From the NCBI GenBank assembly GCA_963719315.1, contig CAVRBU010000003.1, positions 288,001 through 352,000 of the forward strand: DNA of 64,000 nucleotides. The letters run 5' to 3'. Below the pieces are notes generated by a model. The model was not told where the DNA came from, did not search any database, and saw only the letters and a program-made list of their open reading frames with translations. Origin of the DNA: an uncultured Planctomycetota bacterium (GTDB taxonomy: Bacteria > Planctomycetota > Planctomycetia > Pirellulales > Lacipirellulaceae). This document shows positions 45,743-55,706 of this stretch, in pieces; within the stretch, counting starts at the first letter, position 1, and each line of letters begins with the position of its first letter. A program made the position numbers and the translations under genes.

Positions 45743-47073
45743 AAAATTGGTTCGATCGCCACCGTTAGCGTGCCGCGGTTGTCGTCGAGGCGGCCGGCTG
45801 AATCGTTCACGCGGAGATAGAGCGTACCGCCGGTGGCCGGCTTGAGGACGGTCTGCAGGCCGACGGCTACTGGATTGGCAAACGACTGTTCGGCGTTTGG
45901 GGCCGCTTCGCCATCGGCGTAGATCGCGCCGAGCAACATGCCGAGCGGGTGGCCATCGTTGTATTCAATCGTGATGCCACCCGGTTCGCAGGACCACACT
46001 TGCGTCTTGCCTTCGATTTGCTCGGAGGCGATTTGGTAGCGGCCGACGGCAATTATTTTGTACGACTTGCCGGCTTCGAGTCGGAGGCCGGAAGATTGCC
46101 ATCCGCGGTCGGACGCTATTTCAACTTGGTGCGGTCCGATCGCTGAAGCAATCTCGCCTGGGCGGAAATCGATCGCCATGCGATCGAAGTCGTAGCCGTG
46201 GTCGAGCGTGGCGACGAAGGCCTGCCATTCGGCAGTGAGGTCGAGCCAATCTTTCTCGTAGACTTGGCGCATGAGGTCTTTGAACTTGGGGTCGAGCACA
46301 ATCTTGTAAAGCGCGCGGAAGCGATCGCGATAGCGCGGGTGCGTGTCGAGAAACTTGGCCGCGGCCCAGCACCAGGCATAGGCCTCATTGCCCATTTGCT
46401 CGCGGTTGTCGAATTGCATCACTGCTTCCAGCGTGGGCGACTTGTGTTCGGCGACCGCATCGCGAATGAGTTTGATGCGGCCGAGCATCGGCACTTCTTG
46501 TCGGCTGCGGGGCATGATTCGCAGCGTGAGTTGACCTGTTTGCTCATCGACGTGGTGCGTGCCAAACAGCTCGGCTGTGCCTTCCATGTACCAGCCCGGG
46601 CCGCAGCCGCCGAGAAACGACGCCATGAATACGTGCGTTCCTTCGTGGAGCAGGAGGTGTCGCCGATAGTAGTCCGTCGGCTGATCGTGCAGCCACAGTT
46701 CGGCGCCCATGGAGATGCCATTGACGAATTTTTCGCGGCCGGGCGGCATCAGGCCGAGAGCTTCGAACCGGCGGCGATCGCCGATAAGATACGCCCGGGC
46801 TTGCCAGTGAGCCGTTTTGGCCTCGTCCACGCCGAAGTACGCGGCCCATTGCGGCACGGCTGCATCGAAAATAGCCGGCAGACGATCGATCTCGGGGCTG
46901 CTCGGCACGTCGGTAACGAGAATGAGATGCTTGCTGATGAGCGTGCGAATGCCGTTCGCTTGGGCCTGGCGATCGTCGATCGGCCGGGGCGGTTCGGTGA
47001 GCGATTGCGCTACGGCCGATGCTGAAACGAGCAGCAGGCAAACAATCGAAATCGCCGACAATCGAGTGTGCAA
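45739..47073 (-). CDS. secreted DUF1570-like metallopeptidase-fold protein
   Basis: LLHEGTH, WYMEGTAE, signal peptide, beta-rich C-terminal domain. Confidence 0.75.
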   Translation of the reverse strand: MHTRLSAISIVCLLLVSASAVAQSLTEPPRPIDDRQAQANGIRTLISKHLILVTDVPSSPEIDRLPAIFDAAVPQWAAYFGVDEAKTAHWQARAYLIGDRRRFEALGLMPPGREKFVNGISMGAELWLHDQPTDYYRRHLLLHEGTHVFMASFLGGCGPGWYMEGTAELFGTHHVDEQTGQLTLRIMPRSRQEVPMLGRIKLIRDAVAEHKSPTLEAVMQFDNREQMGNEAYAWCWAAAKFLDTHPRYRDRFRALYKIVLDPKFKDLMRQVYEKDWLDLTAEWQAFVATLDHGYDFDRMAIDFRPGEIASAIGPHQVEIASDRGWQSSGLRLEAGKSYKIIAVGRYQIASEQIEGKTQVWSCEPGGITIEYNDGHPLGMLLGAIYADGEAAPNAEQSFANPVAVGLQTVLKPATGGTLYLRVNDSAGRLDDNRGTLTVAIEPIL

Positions 47074-47092
47074 GGTGGCCTCTTAGGCGGAG

Positions 47093-47428
47093 TCACGCAG
47101 TGGCCGCGGCAGCCAAGTCGATGACTGCCTCGCACGGCTGGGCAGGGAGAATAAAGATTTTGCCGTCACCCATTCGGCCAGTGCGGGCAACCTCCACGAT
47201 CTTGCGGGCAACATCCTCGGCCCGCGTGTCGTCCACCCAAACGGTGATTTCTACTTTCGGCAGGAAAGTGCGTGCGTACTCGGTATCGGCGTACCGCTCG
47301 AGATAACTCTTCTGCTTGCCCATGCCCTTCACCTCCGTCACGGTCAGGGCTTCGAGCGGGGCGCGACGTAGGGCGTCGAGGATTTTCTCGACGAGAAAGG
47401 GTTTGACGATGGCGATGATTTGTTTCAT
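47093..47428 (-). CDS. PII-family signal transduction protein
   Basis: AIVKPF, EVKG-x-G-x-QK, FLPK, ARTG-x2-GDGKIF. Confidence 0.9.
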   Translation of the reverse strand: MKQIIAIVKPFLVEKILDALRRAPLEALTVTEVKGMGKQKSYLERYADTEYARTFLPKVEITVWVDDTRAEDVARKIVEVARTGRMGDGKIFILPAQPCEAVIDLAAAATA

Positions 47429-47528
47429 GGGAAAGCTGTAAGCACTTAGCTATTAGCTGTTAGCCAGAAACATACGGCGGCAAGCTTCTGGTAATAGCTA
47501 ACAGCTAACAGCTAATCGCTATCCTCCA

Positions 47529-47942
47529 TCAACTAAAGAAATTCTCGCCGAAGAGATTCAGCTCTGGACCGGTTTCAACTTCAATGTCACCCAATACTTT
47601 TACGCAGCACGCGAGCCGCATTGTGTCTTCGTTGCCTACATAAGCCATACACGGAATCGGATCGAAACCGAAAGGCGTCACCGGAGTCGGCACCGGACAC
47701 TTAAAGCGCACGCTTTCTAAGACGCCCATTGGGCTGAGGTTTTCCATTCCTTTGGTAATCGTAACGCGACACATTCCGCACTGCCCCCAACCGTGGCAAT
47801 TAGCATACTTATTGATACCCGCACCGATTCCATTAAGGCCCTGATACAGGTTTATCCCGGCGTTGATTGCCGCTTTACGAAGGTTCGTGTCCCGGGGGAC
47901 TTCAATTTCTTTGTTCTCTTTGACAAACTTGACAATCGGCAT
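47529..47942 (-). CDS. 2Fe-2S ferredoxin
   Basis: C-x-G-x-G-x-C-G-x-C...RLAC. Confidence 0.88.
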   Translation of the reverse strand: MPIVKFVKENKEIEVPRDTNLRKAAINAGINLYQGLNGIGAGINKYANCHGWGQCGMCRVTITKGMENLSPMGVLESVRFKCPVPTPVTPFGFDPIPCMAYVGNEDTMRLACCVKVLGDIEVETGPELNLFGENFFS

Positions 47943-48067
47943 ATCGATAGACCGTAATCTTTAAGGTTATTTTGAGCGAGCCGAGGCGTCCCAGCCCCCG
48001 ATACTATGTTTAGTCTAGCAAGCCGTGTAACGCGCGCAAAGCCAGTTCGGCATTTCCGGCGACTCGA

Positions 48068-48147
48068 AGAGTCGCGGCTAGAATTCGTGAGAATCGTCAC
48101 CGAGCAGAGAGTCGCGGCTAGAATTCGTGAGAATCGTCACCGAGCAG
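48068..48147. repeat. perfect 40-bp tandem duplication
   Basis: AGAGTCGCGGCTAGAATTCGTGAGAATCGTCACCGAGCAG x2. Confidence 0.95.
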
Positions 48148-48151
48148 ACCG

Positions 48152-48415
48152 ATGAATAAGAATTACTCGAAACATCAGCAAAAGATCATCAAGAATTACT
48201 ACGAGAACAAGGATGCAATCTCGCTCCAACGGCTGAGCGAGCTCGTGACCGAGTTGTACCTGGCCGAGGGCAAGGCCCGCGAGCGGCAGTGGAAATACAT
48301 TCTGCCCGTGCTGACAAAGATCGGCTTGCCGGCCGACCGAATCGAGCATCTGCGGAAGAAGGATGACCCAAGATTGCTTGCGAAGCTCGTCGAGGAACTG
48401 ATGGCGAAGCAGTGA
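48152..48415 (+). CDS. conserved hypothetical protein
   Basis: YS-x-HQQKIIKNYYEN...LQRLSELVTELYLAEGK. Confidence 0.8.
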   Translation: MNKNYSKHQQKIIKNYYENKDAISLQRLSELVTELYLAEGKARERQWKYILPVLTKIGLPADRIEHLRKKDDPRLLAKLVEELMAKQ

Positions 48416-48511
48416 CGAGTGGATACGGGGGACAGGGGAAGGAACAACCAAAGAGTGTCAGTTCCCTGTTCCCTGTATCCTGTCCCCTTTCCAATGCGCT
48501 ACAATTCACGC

Positions 48512-49306
48512 ATGCGACAGTATCTCGATCTTCTGCAGCGTATCCTCGACGAGGGCGTCACGAAAGGCGACCGCACCGGCACCGGCACGCGAAGCGTGTT
48601 TGGCCACCAGATGCGGTTCGATTTGGCCGACGGCTTTCCGCTAGTGACGACGAAGAAGGTGCATCTGAAGTCGATCATCTACGAGCTGCTGTGGTTTCTG
48701 CGGGGCGAAACCAACGTTCGCTTTCTGAATGAGCACGGCGTCACGATCTGGGACGAGTGGGCCGACGAGCTGGGCGAGCTCGGACCCGTGTACGGCTACC
48801 AGTGGCGTTCGTGGCCGGGCCGCGGCGCGGAGTCGATCGATCAGATCAGCGACGTCATCGAGCAGATTCGCGCCAATCCCGACTCGCGGCGGCTGATCGT
48901 GAGCGCCTGGAACGTGGCCGACTTGCCCGCCATGGCGCTGCCGCCGTGCCACCTGCTGTTTCAGTTTTACGTGGCCGACGGAAAGTTGTCGTGCCAGATG
49001 TATCAACGCAGCGCGGATGTCTTTCTGGGGGTGCCATTTAACATCGCGTCGTACGCCCTGCTGACAATGATGGTCGCGCAAGTGACCGGTCTGGAGCCTG
49101 GAGATTTTATTCTCACGCTGGGCGACGCCCATCTGTACGAGAATCATCTGGAACAGTCCCGGCTGCAGCTCACGCGCGAGCCGCGGCCGCTCCCGACGAT
49201 GCAACTCAATCGCAGCGTAAAGTCGATTTTCGATTTTCAGTACGAGAGTTTTCAGCTTGAGAATTACCATCCGCATCCGCACATAGCGGCTCCGATCGCG
49301 GTATAA
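48512..49306 (+). CDS. thyA: thymidylate synthase
   Basis: MRQYLDL, DRTGTGT, LPPCH, YQRSAD, PIAV. Confidence 0.97.
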   Translation: MRQYLDLLQRILDEGVTKGDRTGTGTRSVFGHQMRFDLADGFPLVTTKKVHLKSIIYELLWFLRGETNVRFLNEHGVTIWDEWADELGELGPVYGYQWRSWPGRGAESIDQISDVIEQIRANPDSRRLIVSAWNVADLPAMALPPCHLLFQFYVADGKLSCQMYQRSADVFLGVPFNIASYALLTMMVAQVTGLEPGDFILTLGDAHLYENHLEQSRLQLTREPRPLPTMQLNRSVKSIFDFQYESFQLENYHPHPHIAAPIAV

Positions 49307-49319
49307 GGCGGGTGGAGCG

Positions 49320-49817
49320 ATGCGAATCTCGATTATCGTGGCGGTCGCGGAGAACGGGATCATCGGCCGCGGCGGCCAATTGCCGTGGCGGCTGTCGGCC
49401 GACTTGCAGCGGTTCAAACGACTGACGATGGGCCACACGATTGTCATGGGCCGGCGGACGTGGGAATCGATCGGCCGGGCCCTGCCGGGCCGGCGAACGG
49501 TTGTCGTTACGCGACAAACTAGTTATCGCATCGGCATCGCGGACGTTGCGATCGCGACCAGTCTCGATGATGCATTACACGCTGCGGAGGCGGCCGGTGA
49601 CGTGGAAGCGTTTGTCGTTGGCGGGGCCGAGCTTTATCGAGAAGCATTGCCGCGAGCGGACCGACTGTATTTCACGCGCGTTCGTGCCGCCATCGAAGGC
49701 GATACACACTTCCCCGCGGTTCAATGGAATGCCTGGCGGCTGATTGAATCGGAAGAACACGTCGCGGACGAGAAGAACGAATACTCTTTTGATTTCGAAA
49801 TCCATGAGCGCAGTTAA
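49320..49817 (+). CDS. folA: dihydrofolate reductase
   Basis: IG-x4-LPW, DL-x-RFK, MGRRTWES, LPGR, GG. Confidence 0.95.
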   Translation: MRISIIVAVAENGIIGRGGQLPWRLSADLQRFKRLTMGHTIVMGRRTWESIGRALPGRRTVVVTRQTSYRIGIADVAIATSLDDALHAAEAAGDVEAFVVGGAELYREALPRADRLYFTRVRAAIEGDTHFPAVQWNAWRLIESEEHVADEKNEYSFDFEIHERS

Positions 49818-50388
49818 ACAACGTTGCGATTGGGGCACGCGCGGCGGCGATCTGATGGCCGCTTACCACGACGAGGAATGGGGCGTGCCAGTACACGACG
49901 ATCGCAAGCAATTCGAGTTTCTTACTCTCGAGAGCGCTCAGGCCGGTTTGAGCTGGCTCGTGGTGCTGCGGAAGCGCGACGCGTATCGCCGGGCGTTCGC
50001 CGAGTTCGATCCGGAAAAAGTGGCGCGCTTCACCGAGAAGCGAATTGAGAAGCTACTGAACGACGAAGGCATCATTCGCAATCGGCTCAAGATCGCCGCT
50101 GCGATCACCAATGCCCGCCATTTCCTCGAAGTGCAGGAAGAATTCGGCACGTTCGAAAAGTACATCTGGGGCTTCGTGGATGGCCGGCCGATCCAGACCC
50201 GCATCGCTCGCATGAAAGACATCCGGGCCACGTCGAAGGAATCCGACGCACTGAGCAAAGACCTCAAGCAGCGGGGCTTCAAGTTCGTGGGCAGCACGAT
50301 CGTCTACGCCCACATGCAGGCCGTTGGCATGGTGAACGATCACATGGTGACCTGCTATCGGCATCAGGCCGTGTCGCGGTTGAGATAA
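49804..50388 (+). CDS. tag: DNA-3-methyladenine glycosylase I
   Basis: RC-x-W, YHDEEWG, QAGLSW, IIRNRLKI, NDH-x3-C. Confidence 0.95.
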   Translation: MSAVKQRCDWGTRGGDLMAAYHDEEWGVPVHDDRKQFEFLTLESAQAGLSWLVVLRKRDAYRRAFAEFDPEKVARFTEKRIEKLLNDEGIIRNRLKIAAAITNARHFLEVQEEFGTFEKYIWGFVDGRPIQTRIARMKDIRATSKESDALSKDLKQRGFKFVGSTIVYAHMQAVGMVNDHMVTCYRHQAVSRLR

Positions 50389-50395
50389 GCGGCGA

Positions 50396-50680
50396 TCAAC
50401 GGTTGCGAAATGTAAGACGAATCACATGCACCAGTCGGTCATCTGTCCAAACTTCATAACTCACTGAAACCAGCGCCGGCGAACTCGGAAGTGGTACCGC
50501 AATGATGCGAGCACCAAGGTCGGGGCGGGATTGTCCTTTGGATTCCGGGTCGACCGACAAATTCGCGTCTACCCAATTCGCAGCTTCCGTGAGAGTCGCC
50601 CTTAATTTCAAATCGGCGGCAACCCACGTGCGAACAAACGACGTTTCGACTTCGTTGTCCCAAACATCCGTGAAACGCAT
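50396..50680 (-). CDS. putative RelE/ParE-like toxin (unnamed family, copy 2)
   Basis: MRFT-x-VW...W...AA-x2-VD-x2-L-x-VDP-x2-KGQS...DDRLV. Confidence 0.6.
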   Translation of the reverse strand: MRFTDVWDNEVETSFVRTWVAADLKLRATLTEAANWVDANLSVDPESKGQSRPDLGARIIAVPLPSSPALVSVSYEVWTDDRLVHVIRLTFRNR

Positions 50681-50682
50681 CT

Positions 50683-50964
50683 TTACTGGGCTGCTTTTTC
50701 TGCGGCCAATGCTGCGTTGGCTAAAAGCTGTGCTGTGGTGACTCCACCGCGCCGTCCGAGCGCCGCCCGCACTTGTTCGATGTTCTGGTTCAGGTCAAGA
50801 TTTGCTTCCGCGTAGGTCCATGCCTCGCGGTCAGTCGGTGATAGGACAAAAGCTACAAGATTACCCTCGGCATCCCGTACTTCGACGCCGCCTTCGCTGA
50901 CCTTCTTCAGCAAGGCCCCAATCGACAAGGTCGATGTTTCGGCATTTAACACTAGTGTATTCAT
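50683..50964 (-). CDS. putative antitoxin (unnamed family, copy 2)
   Basis: VEVRDAEGNLVA motif, GGVTT-x-QLL tail, AAAGGA RBS. Confidence 0.6.
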   Translation of the reverse strand: MNTLVLNAETSTLSIGALLKKVSEGGVEVRDAEGNLVAFVLSPTDREAWTYAEANLDLNQNIEQVRAALGRRGGVTTAQLLANAALAAEKAAQ

Positions 50965-50989
50965 CGCCGTTCCTTTCAATGCTCCCACA

Positions 50990-51985
50990 CTATTCAATAC
51001 TAGCAGGACACCAGGGAAAAGTCATTATCTCGTCAATCGAGTTCACACCCACCGCCAGCATCACCAGCCGGTCGAAGCCCAGCGCTACGCCTGTGCAATC
51101 GGGCAAGCCGTGCTCGATAGCCGCCAGCAGTCGTTCTGGCATCGGCAGCGAAGGTCTGCTTTCTGCCGCGCGGGTTGCATTTACCGCTTCAAAACGTTGA
51201 CGTAACTCGGCCGCATCCGCCAATTCGTGGAAGCCGTTGGCCAATTCGATGCCGCGATAGTAGATTTCGAATCGTTCCGCAACGTCGTAACCGCGCGGCG
51301 AGCGCATCACTTTCGCCAACGACGCGTGCGATGCCGGGTAATGGTAAATGATTTCGGGTCGATCGCGGCCGAGTTGTGGTTCGATGCGGGCGGCTAATAA
51401 CAGGTTGAGCCACTCGTCGCGATTGGCGTTGGTCATGCCCGCGGGTACGGCAATTTCAGCATTGCCGGCCGCCGCGGCCAACTCCGCAACCGTCGCCAAG
51501 TGGGGCGAAAGGCCCAGCGTCCGCTGAAAGATTTCGGCATAGGTCGATCGCATCGCGGGCGGCGTGCCGAGCAGCGATTGTATTAGCGCATCAAGCAGAT
51601 CGATGCCGGCCGCCATATCGTCGCCCGTGCGATACCATTCGATGATCGTAAACTCAGGATTGTGCAACCGCCCGCGTTCGCCGGCGCGAAACGACCGCGT
51701 CACTTGAAAGATGGCCTGCATGCCTGCCGCCAAAAGGCGCTTCATGTGCAATTCGGGCGACGCTTGCAAGAACTCCCCGGTCTCGACGCGAAGCGGCTCG
51801 ATGTGGAGTTCGGGGATAATCTCGCAGGCTAAGAGCGGCGTTTCGACTTCGAGGAAATCGCGCTCATAGAAGAACTCGCGCAACTTGCGAAGGAGCGCAC
51901 TCCGCAACGCGAGCGCTGCGGGAGTCGCAGAAAAGGCAAGTTCATTTTTCGTGTTTAGAGAACGCATCAGAGATTGCTTCGACAC
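50990..51985 (-). CDS. epmA: EF-P beta-lysyl ligase
   Basis: LEVETP, SPELHMKRLL, HNPEFT-x-IEWYR, ELANGFHEL, GVALGFDRL; no anticodon-binding domain. Confidence 0.93.
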   Translation of the reverse strand: MSKQSLMRSLNTKNELAFSATPAALALRSALLRKLREFFYERDFLEVETPLLACEIIPELHIEPLRVETGEFLQASPELHMKRLLAAGMQAIFQVTRSFRAGERGRLHNPEFTIIEWYRTGDDMAAGIDLLDALIQSLLGTPPAMRSTYAEIFQRTLGLSPHLATVAELAAAAGNAEIAVPAGMTNANRDEWLNLLLAARIEPQLGRDRPEIIYHYPASHASLAKVMRSPRGYDVAERFEIYYRGIELANGFHELADAAELRQRFEAVNATRAAESRPSLPMPERLLAAIEHGLPDCTGVALGFDRLVMLAVGVNSIDEIMTFPWCPASIE

Positions 51986-52067
51986 TGACTAGCCGCGATG
52001 CTACGCATCGCCGGGCCCTGCGATGCGTAGCATCGCGGCAATGCACACCTTCATACTCCGAAGGTTG

Positions 52068-54029
52068 TTATGATACCCTACTCGTCGGGCGCGGTGCGAA
52101 CAGTGAGGGCGACACTTCCTGGCCTGCCAAGAGCGGCGGCATGGGGCAGTTGAGCATGTCGCAGATGGCCCGCAGTAGTTCGCCTTCTTCGACCGAAACG
52201 GTTCGATCAGCACAAATGCAGGCCGCCGAGGCATCGACGAGCCGGGCACGCAATTTCGGCGCGACCAGTCGCAACTCGCGTAAAGCTGCATCCAATTGGC
52301 CGACGCCGCAGACCTCGCGCGGTAAGAGTCGCACGGGCACTTCCTTCAGATGCTTCAAGCCGGCCTGAAAGGCCGCCTCATCGTCGTGCTGACTTGCGTG
52401 GGCGAGCGTCGAAAGCAGCACCGAAATCTGCTCGCCCAATTGCTGCAAGCCATAATAATTGATGGGCGGCGAACGGACTGGCTCGAATTGCGGGCGCAAA
52501 TGCCGCAGCAAAATCTGGTGCAACGTCCACTCGAAGAGGCCTAGCCGTTGGTCGGCCTGCACCAATTGGACGAAGCACCGGCTGAACTCCTGGTATTGCG
52601 ATGGACTTAGCGCCGTCAGCGCCGGCAGCGTCATATCGACGAGCGGCAAGAGGGCTCGCACATCGAGTTGATGCACGGCCGGCACGAGCTTTAACGTAAG
52701 CTCGTAAACATTCGGATCGGTCGATTTTTCGAGGGCGCGGAGTTGGGCCGCGCGGACATCGGCATTTTCGTCGAGTAGCGTGGCAAAGATCAACGCGCGG
52801 GCGCCATACGGCTCGTGGGCCGCATCGATCACGGCCGGCGGCATGGCGGAAATCAACTCACGGACATACTCGCGATGGAGTTCGGTCGGATTCGCGACCT
52901 GGTTAACGGCATGCCGCACAACGGCTACCGGCACTGGCTGGCCGTAGAGATCGGCCGCGGTAGCAGGTCCGGTCGCAACAGCATCGACGAATGCGCCCGC
53001 CTCATCGCCACCGAGTCCAACGACCGCGTCGGACGGTAACGCAGGCGGGTACTTGCCGTCCCACTGTGGATCAATGCGGCGAATCCGCTCGCGAAGCGGG
53101 GGATGGCTGGCAAACAAAGTGCTAATGCCTTCCGCGAAATACATGTGGCTGGCTTCGGCAGCTCGGGGAGTGACGAGCTTCGAGCCAAACACGGCGGCTC
53201 CGATGCGCTTGAGAGCGCCCGCGATGCCTTCCGGGTTGCGCGTGAACTGCACGGCGGAGGCATCGGCCAGATACTCGCGCTGCCGCGAGGCGGCGGCCTT
53301 GATCAAATTGCCGATGAGTAATCCCAGGAACCCCAGCACCATAAAAACCAGGCCGATCAATAACAGATAGGCGACTCCATCGTTGCGGCGGGACCGCCCG
53401 CCGCCGCCCCAACTGGAGAATCGCAATAGTTCTCGCCCTAACAGGCCCATCAGCAGGATACCGTGCAAGACTCCGATCAATCGCAGGTTGAGCCGCATGT
53501 CGCCGTTGAGAATGTGGCTGAACTCGTGGGCGACTACGCCTTGTAGTTGATCGCGCGAGAGTTGTTCGGCGCAGCCGCGCGTGATGCCGACGACCGCGTC
53601 GCTGGGCGAGTAACCGGCCGCGAAGGCATTGATCCCCTGCTCATTGCTCAACAAGAACACCGGCGGCACAGGGACACCTGAGGCGAGCGCCATTTCCTCA
53701 ACGACGTTAAGCACTCGGCGTTCGGTCGGATCGATCGTGTTGGGGTACATGCGGCGACCGCCCAGCCGCTCGGCGACGACCGTGCCGCCGCCCGCCAATT
53801 GGGCCGTTTTGTAGAGGCTGCCGATGATGATCAGCCCGAGCGCTGCCGCACTCGCCAGCAGCGGAGCCTCGATGGGAAACCGACCCTGGCCACTCGCGCC
53901 GCCGAGCACAATCGCCGTGCCGACGAACGTGGTCCCGACGATGGCAATCACGGCAAACACGAACATCACGACCAGCCACTTGGTGTTGCGGCGGGCAACG
54001 GTTTGGCGTTCGAAGAAGTCGGTGGCCAT
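52068..54029 (-). CDS. M48 (HtpX-like) membrane metalloprotease, long form
   Basis: NAFAAG, AHEFSH, REYLADA, SHPP. Confidence 0.92.
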   Translation of the reverse strand: MATDFFERQTVARRNTKWLVVMFVFAVIAIVGTTFVGTAIVLGGASGQGRFPIEAPLLASAAALGLIIIGSLYKTAQLAGGGTVVAERLGGRRMYPNTIDPTERRVLNVVEEMALASGVPVPPVFLLSNEQGINAFAAGYSPSDAVVGITRGCAEQLSRDQLQGVVAHEFSHILNGDMRLNLRLIGVLHGILLMGLLGRELLRFSSWGGGGRSRRNDGVAYLLLIGLVFMVLGFLGLLIGNLIKAAASRQREYLADASAVQFTRNPEGIAGALKRIGAAVFGSKLVTPRAAEASHMYFAEGISTLFASHPPLRERIRRIDPQWDGKYPPALPSDAVVGLGGDEAGAFVDAVATGPATAADLYGQPVPVAVVRHAVNQVANPTELHREYVRELISAMPPAVIDAAHEPYGARALIFATLLDENADVRAAQLRALEKSTDPNVYELTLKLVPAVHQLDVRALLPLVDMTLPALTALSPSQYQEFSRCFVQLVQADQRLGLFEWTLHQILLRHLRPQFEPVRSPPINYYGLQQLGEQISVLLSTLAHASQHDDEAAFQAGLKHLKEVPVRLLPREVCGVGQLDAALRELRLVAPKLRARLVDASAACICADRTVSVEEGELLRAICDMLNCPMPPLLAGQEVSPSLFAPRPTSRVS

Positions 54030-54197
54030 GGCGGAGGGCGTAGGTGTCGGGTGTCAGGTGTCGGGTGTCAGAAAAGACAAGGAGACAAGGAGATTTGTGT
54101 TTCAACAATACCCCTTGTCTCCTCGTCTCCCGGTCTCCTTGTCGATCGCTACGCTGGGAATCGCAAACTCAACTCCCTCGCTTCACGGTTCGATTCG

Positions 54198-54803
54198 CTA
54201 CGTAAACGTGACCTTCGGCGCCTCGGCGATTTGGGCGTCGTCGAAATCGAGAAGTTCGGCATTTTGGCCGTGGCCCAAGATGCCGGCGAATAACACGGGT
54301 GGAAAAGTTTGTTTGTAAGTGTTGTAGACTGTCGCCGCGTCGTTGTAGGCCTGGCGGGCGAAGGCCACCTTGTTTTCTGTGGACGTAATCTCCTCGCTGA
54401 GCTGGGCCATGTTCTGGTTGGCCTTCAAGTCGGGGTACGCTTCGGAGAGCGCAAACAAACGGCCGAGCGCGCCGGAGAGCCCCTGTTCGGCCGATGAAAG
54501 GGCCTGCATGGCCGCCGGGTCACCAGGGTTGGCGGCCGCTTTACTCAGCCCGCTCACTGCCTGGTTGCGGGCTTGGATTACCGCTTCGAGCGTCCCCTTT
54601 TCGTGCTGCATGTAGCCCTTCACGGTTTCGACCAGGTTCGGAATCAGGTCATACCTCCGCTTGAGCTGCACCTCGATTTGCGAGAACGCATTTTGAAAGC
54701 GGTTCTTGAGCGTGACCAGTTGGTTGTAGATGCCGACGCCCCACATGACGGCGACGAATGCGAGAAACGCCAGAACAGCGAGCACAATCAATGGGGTTGT
54801 CAT
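54198..54803 (-). CDS. lemA: LemA-family protein
   Basis: LKRRYDLIPNLVETVKGY, EAYPDLKAN, ARQAYND. Confidence 0.95.
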   Translation of the reverse strand: MTTPLIVLAVLAFLAFVAVMWGVGIYNQLVTLKNRFQNAFSQIEVQLKRRYDLIPNLVETVKGYMQHEKGTLEAVIQARNQAVSGLSKAAANPGDPAAMQALSSAEQGLSGALGRLFALSEAYPDLKANQNMAQLSEEITSTENKVAFARQAYNDAATVYNTYKQTFPPVLFAGILGHGQNAELLDFDDAQIAEAPKVTFT

Positions 54804-55033
54804 CGCAAAACTCCTGAAGTGAGATGAGAACAAAAATAGATTCGCGCGGGGCGAGGCCCTTCCGCTTCATTGTAGTTTTACGCCGGAACCGCCGCTAATC
54901 GCAAGCCGCCAGGGTCGCCGGCCTAGGAATAATTCGCCGCCGACAGGACGATATTGGCAAGGGTGGCAACGAACCATGCTTAACTGCCGCGGCGGCGGGA
55001 AAGCATGTCACCCAACCTTCAATGTTCCACCGA

Positions 55034-55612
55034 TCATGCATCGGGCGCGTTGGCCCGTTCGATGTACTCGCCCGTGCGGGTGTCGATCCGCAGATAATCG
55101 CCCGTGTTCACGAAGGCCGGAGCGCCGATTTCCGCACCCGTCTCGAGTTTCACCGGCTTTCGCACGTTCGTGGCCGTGTTGCCTTTGGCGGCAGGTTCCG
55201 CATATTCAACCTTGAGGATCACGTGGTTTGGCGGGGTCACGGTGAGCGGATTGTTGTTGTACACCATCAAGCTGCACTCCATGCCGTCCTTCAAGAATTG
55301 CCACGCGTCGCCGACCTGATCCTTGCTGAGCTCGTACTGCTCATAAGAGTCGTTGTTCATGAACACAAATGTGTCTTGCTGGCGATAGAGGAACTGGGCC
55401 GCGAATTCCGAAACGTCCGCTTCTTCCAGCGTCTGGCCGGCGCGGTAGGTGCGATCGAGCATCGTGCCGCGAACCAGGTTCTTCAGCTTGCACTCGTAGA
55501 GCGCGTTGCCCTTGCCCGGCTTGCGAAAATTCATTTCGACCATCAGGTACGGGGTGCCATCGATTTGTACCTTCAGGCCTTTGCGAAAATCACTTGTGTT
55601 ATACGTGCCCAC
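55034..55612 (-). CDS. efp: elongation factor P
   Basis: KPGKG, KGNTAT, LETG, IDTRTGEY. Confidence 0.96.
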   Translation of the reverse strand: MGTYNTSDFRKGLKVQIDGTPYLMVEMNFRKPGKGNALYECKLKNLVRGTMLDRTYRAGQTLEEADVSEFAAQFLYRQQDTFVFMNNDSYEQYELSKDQVGDAWQFLKDGMECSLMVYNNNPLTVTPPNHVILKVEYAEPAAKGNTATNVRKPVKLETGAEIGAPAFVNTGDYLRIDTRTGEYIERANAPDA

Positions 55613-55706
55613 GGTTGGTCTTTCCTGTTCGCTGCTGGTATGTTGCAAGGGTTATCATAGGGCCAGCGATGCGTAGCATCGCGGCTAATAGTTTGTGATA
55701 AAACGA

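Noticed and set aside
48068..48147. Possible CRISPR array
   Set aside because: Two adjacent copies with no spacer; no cas genes in the window
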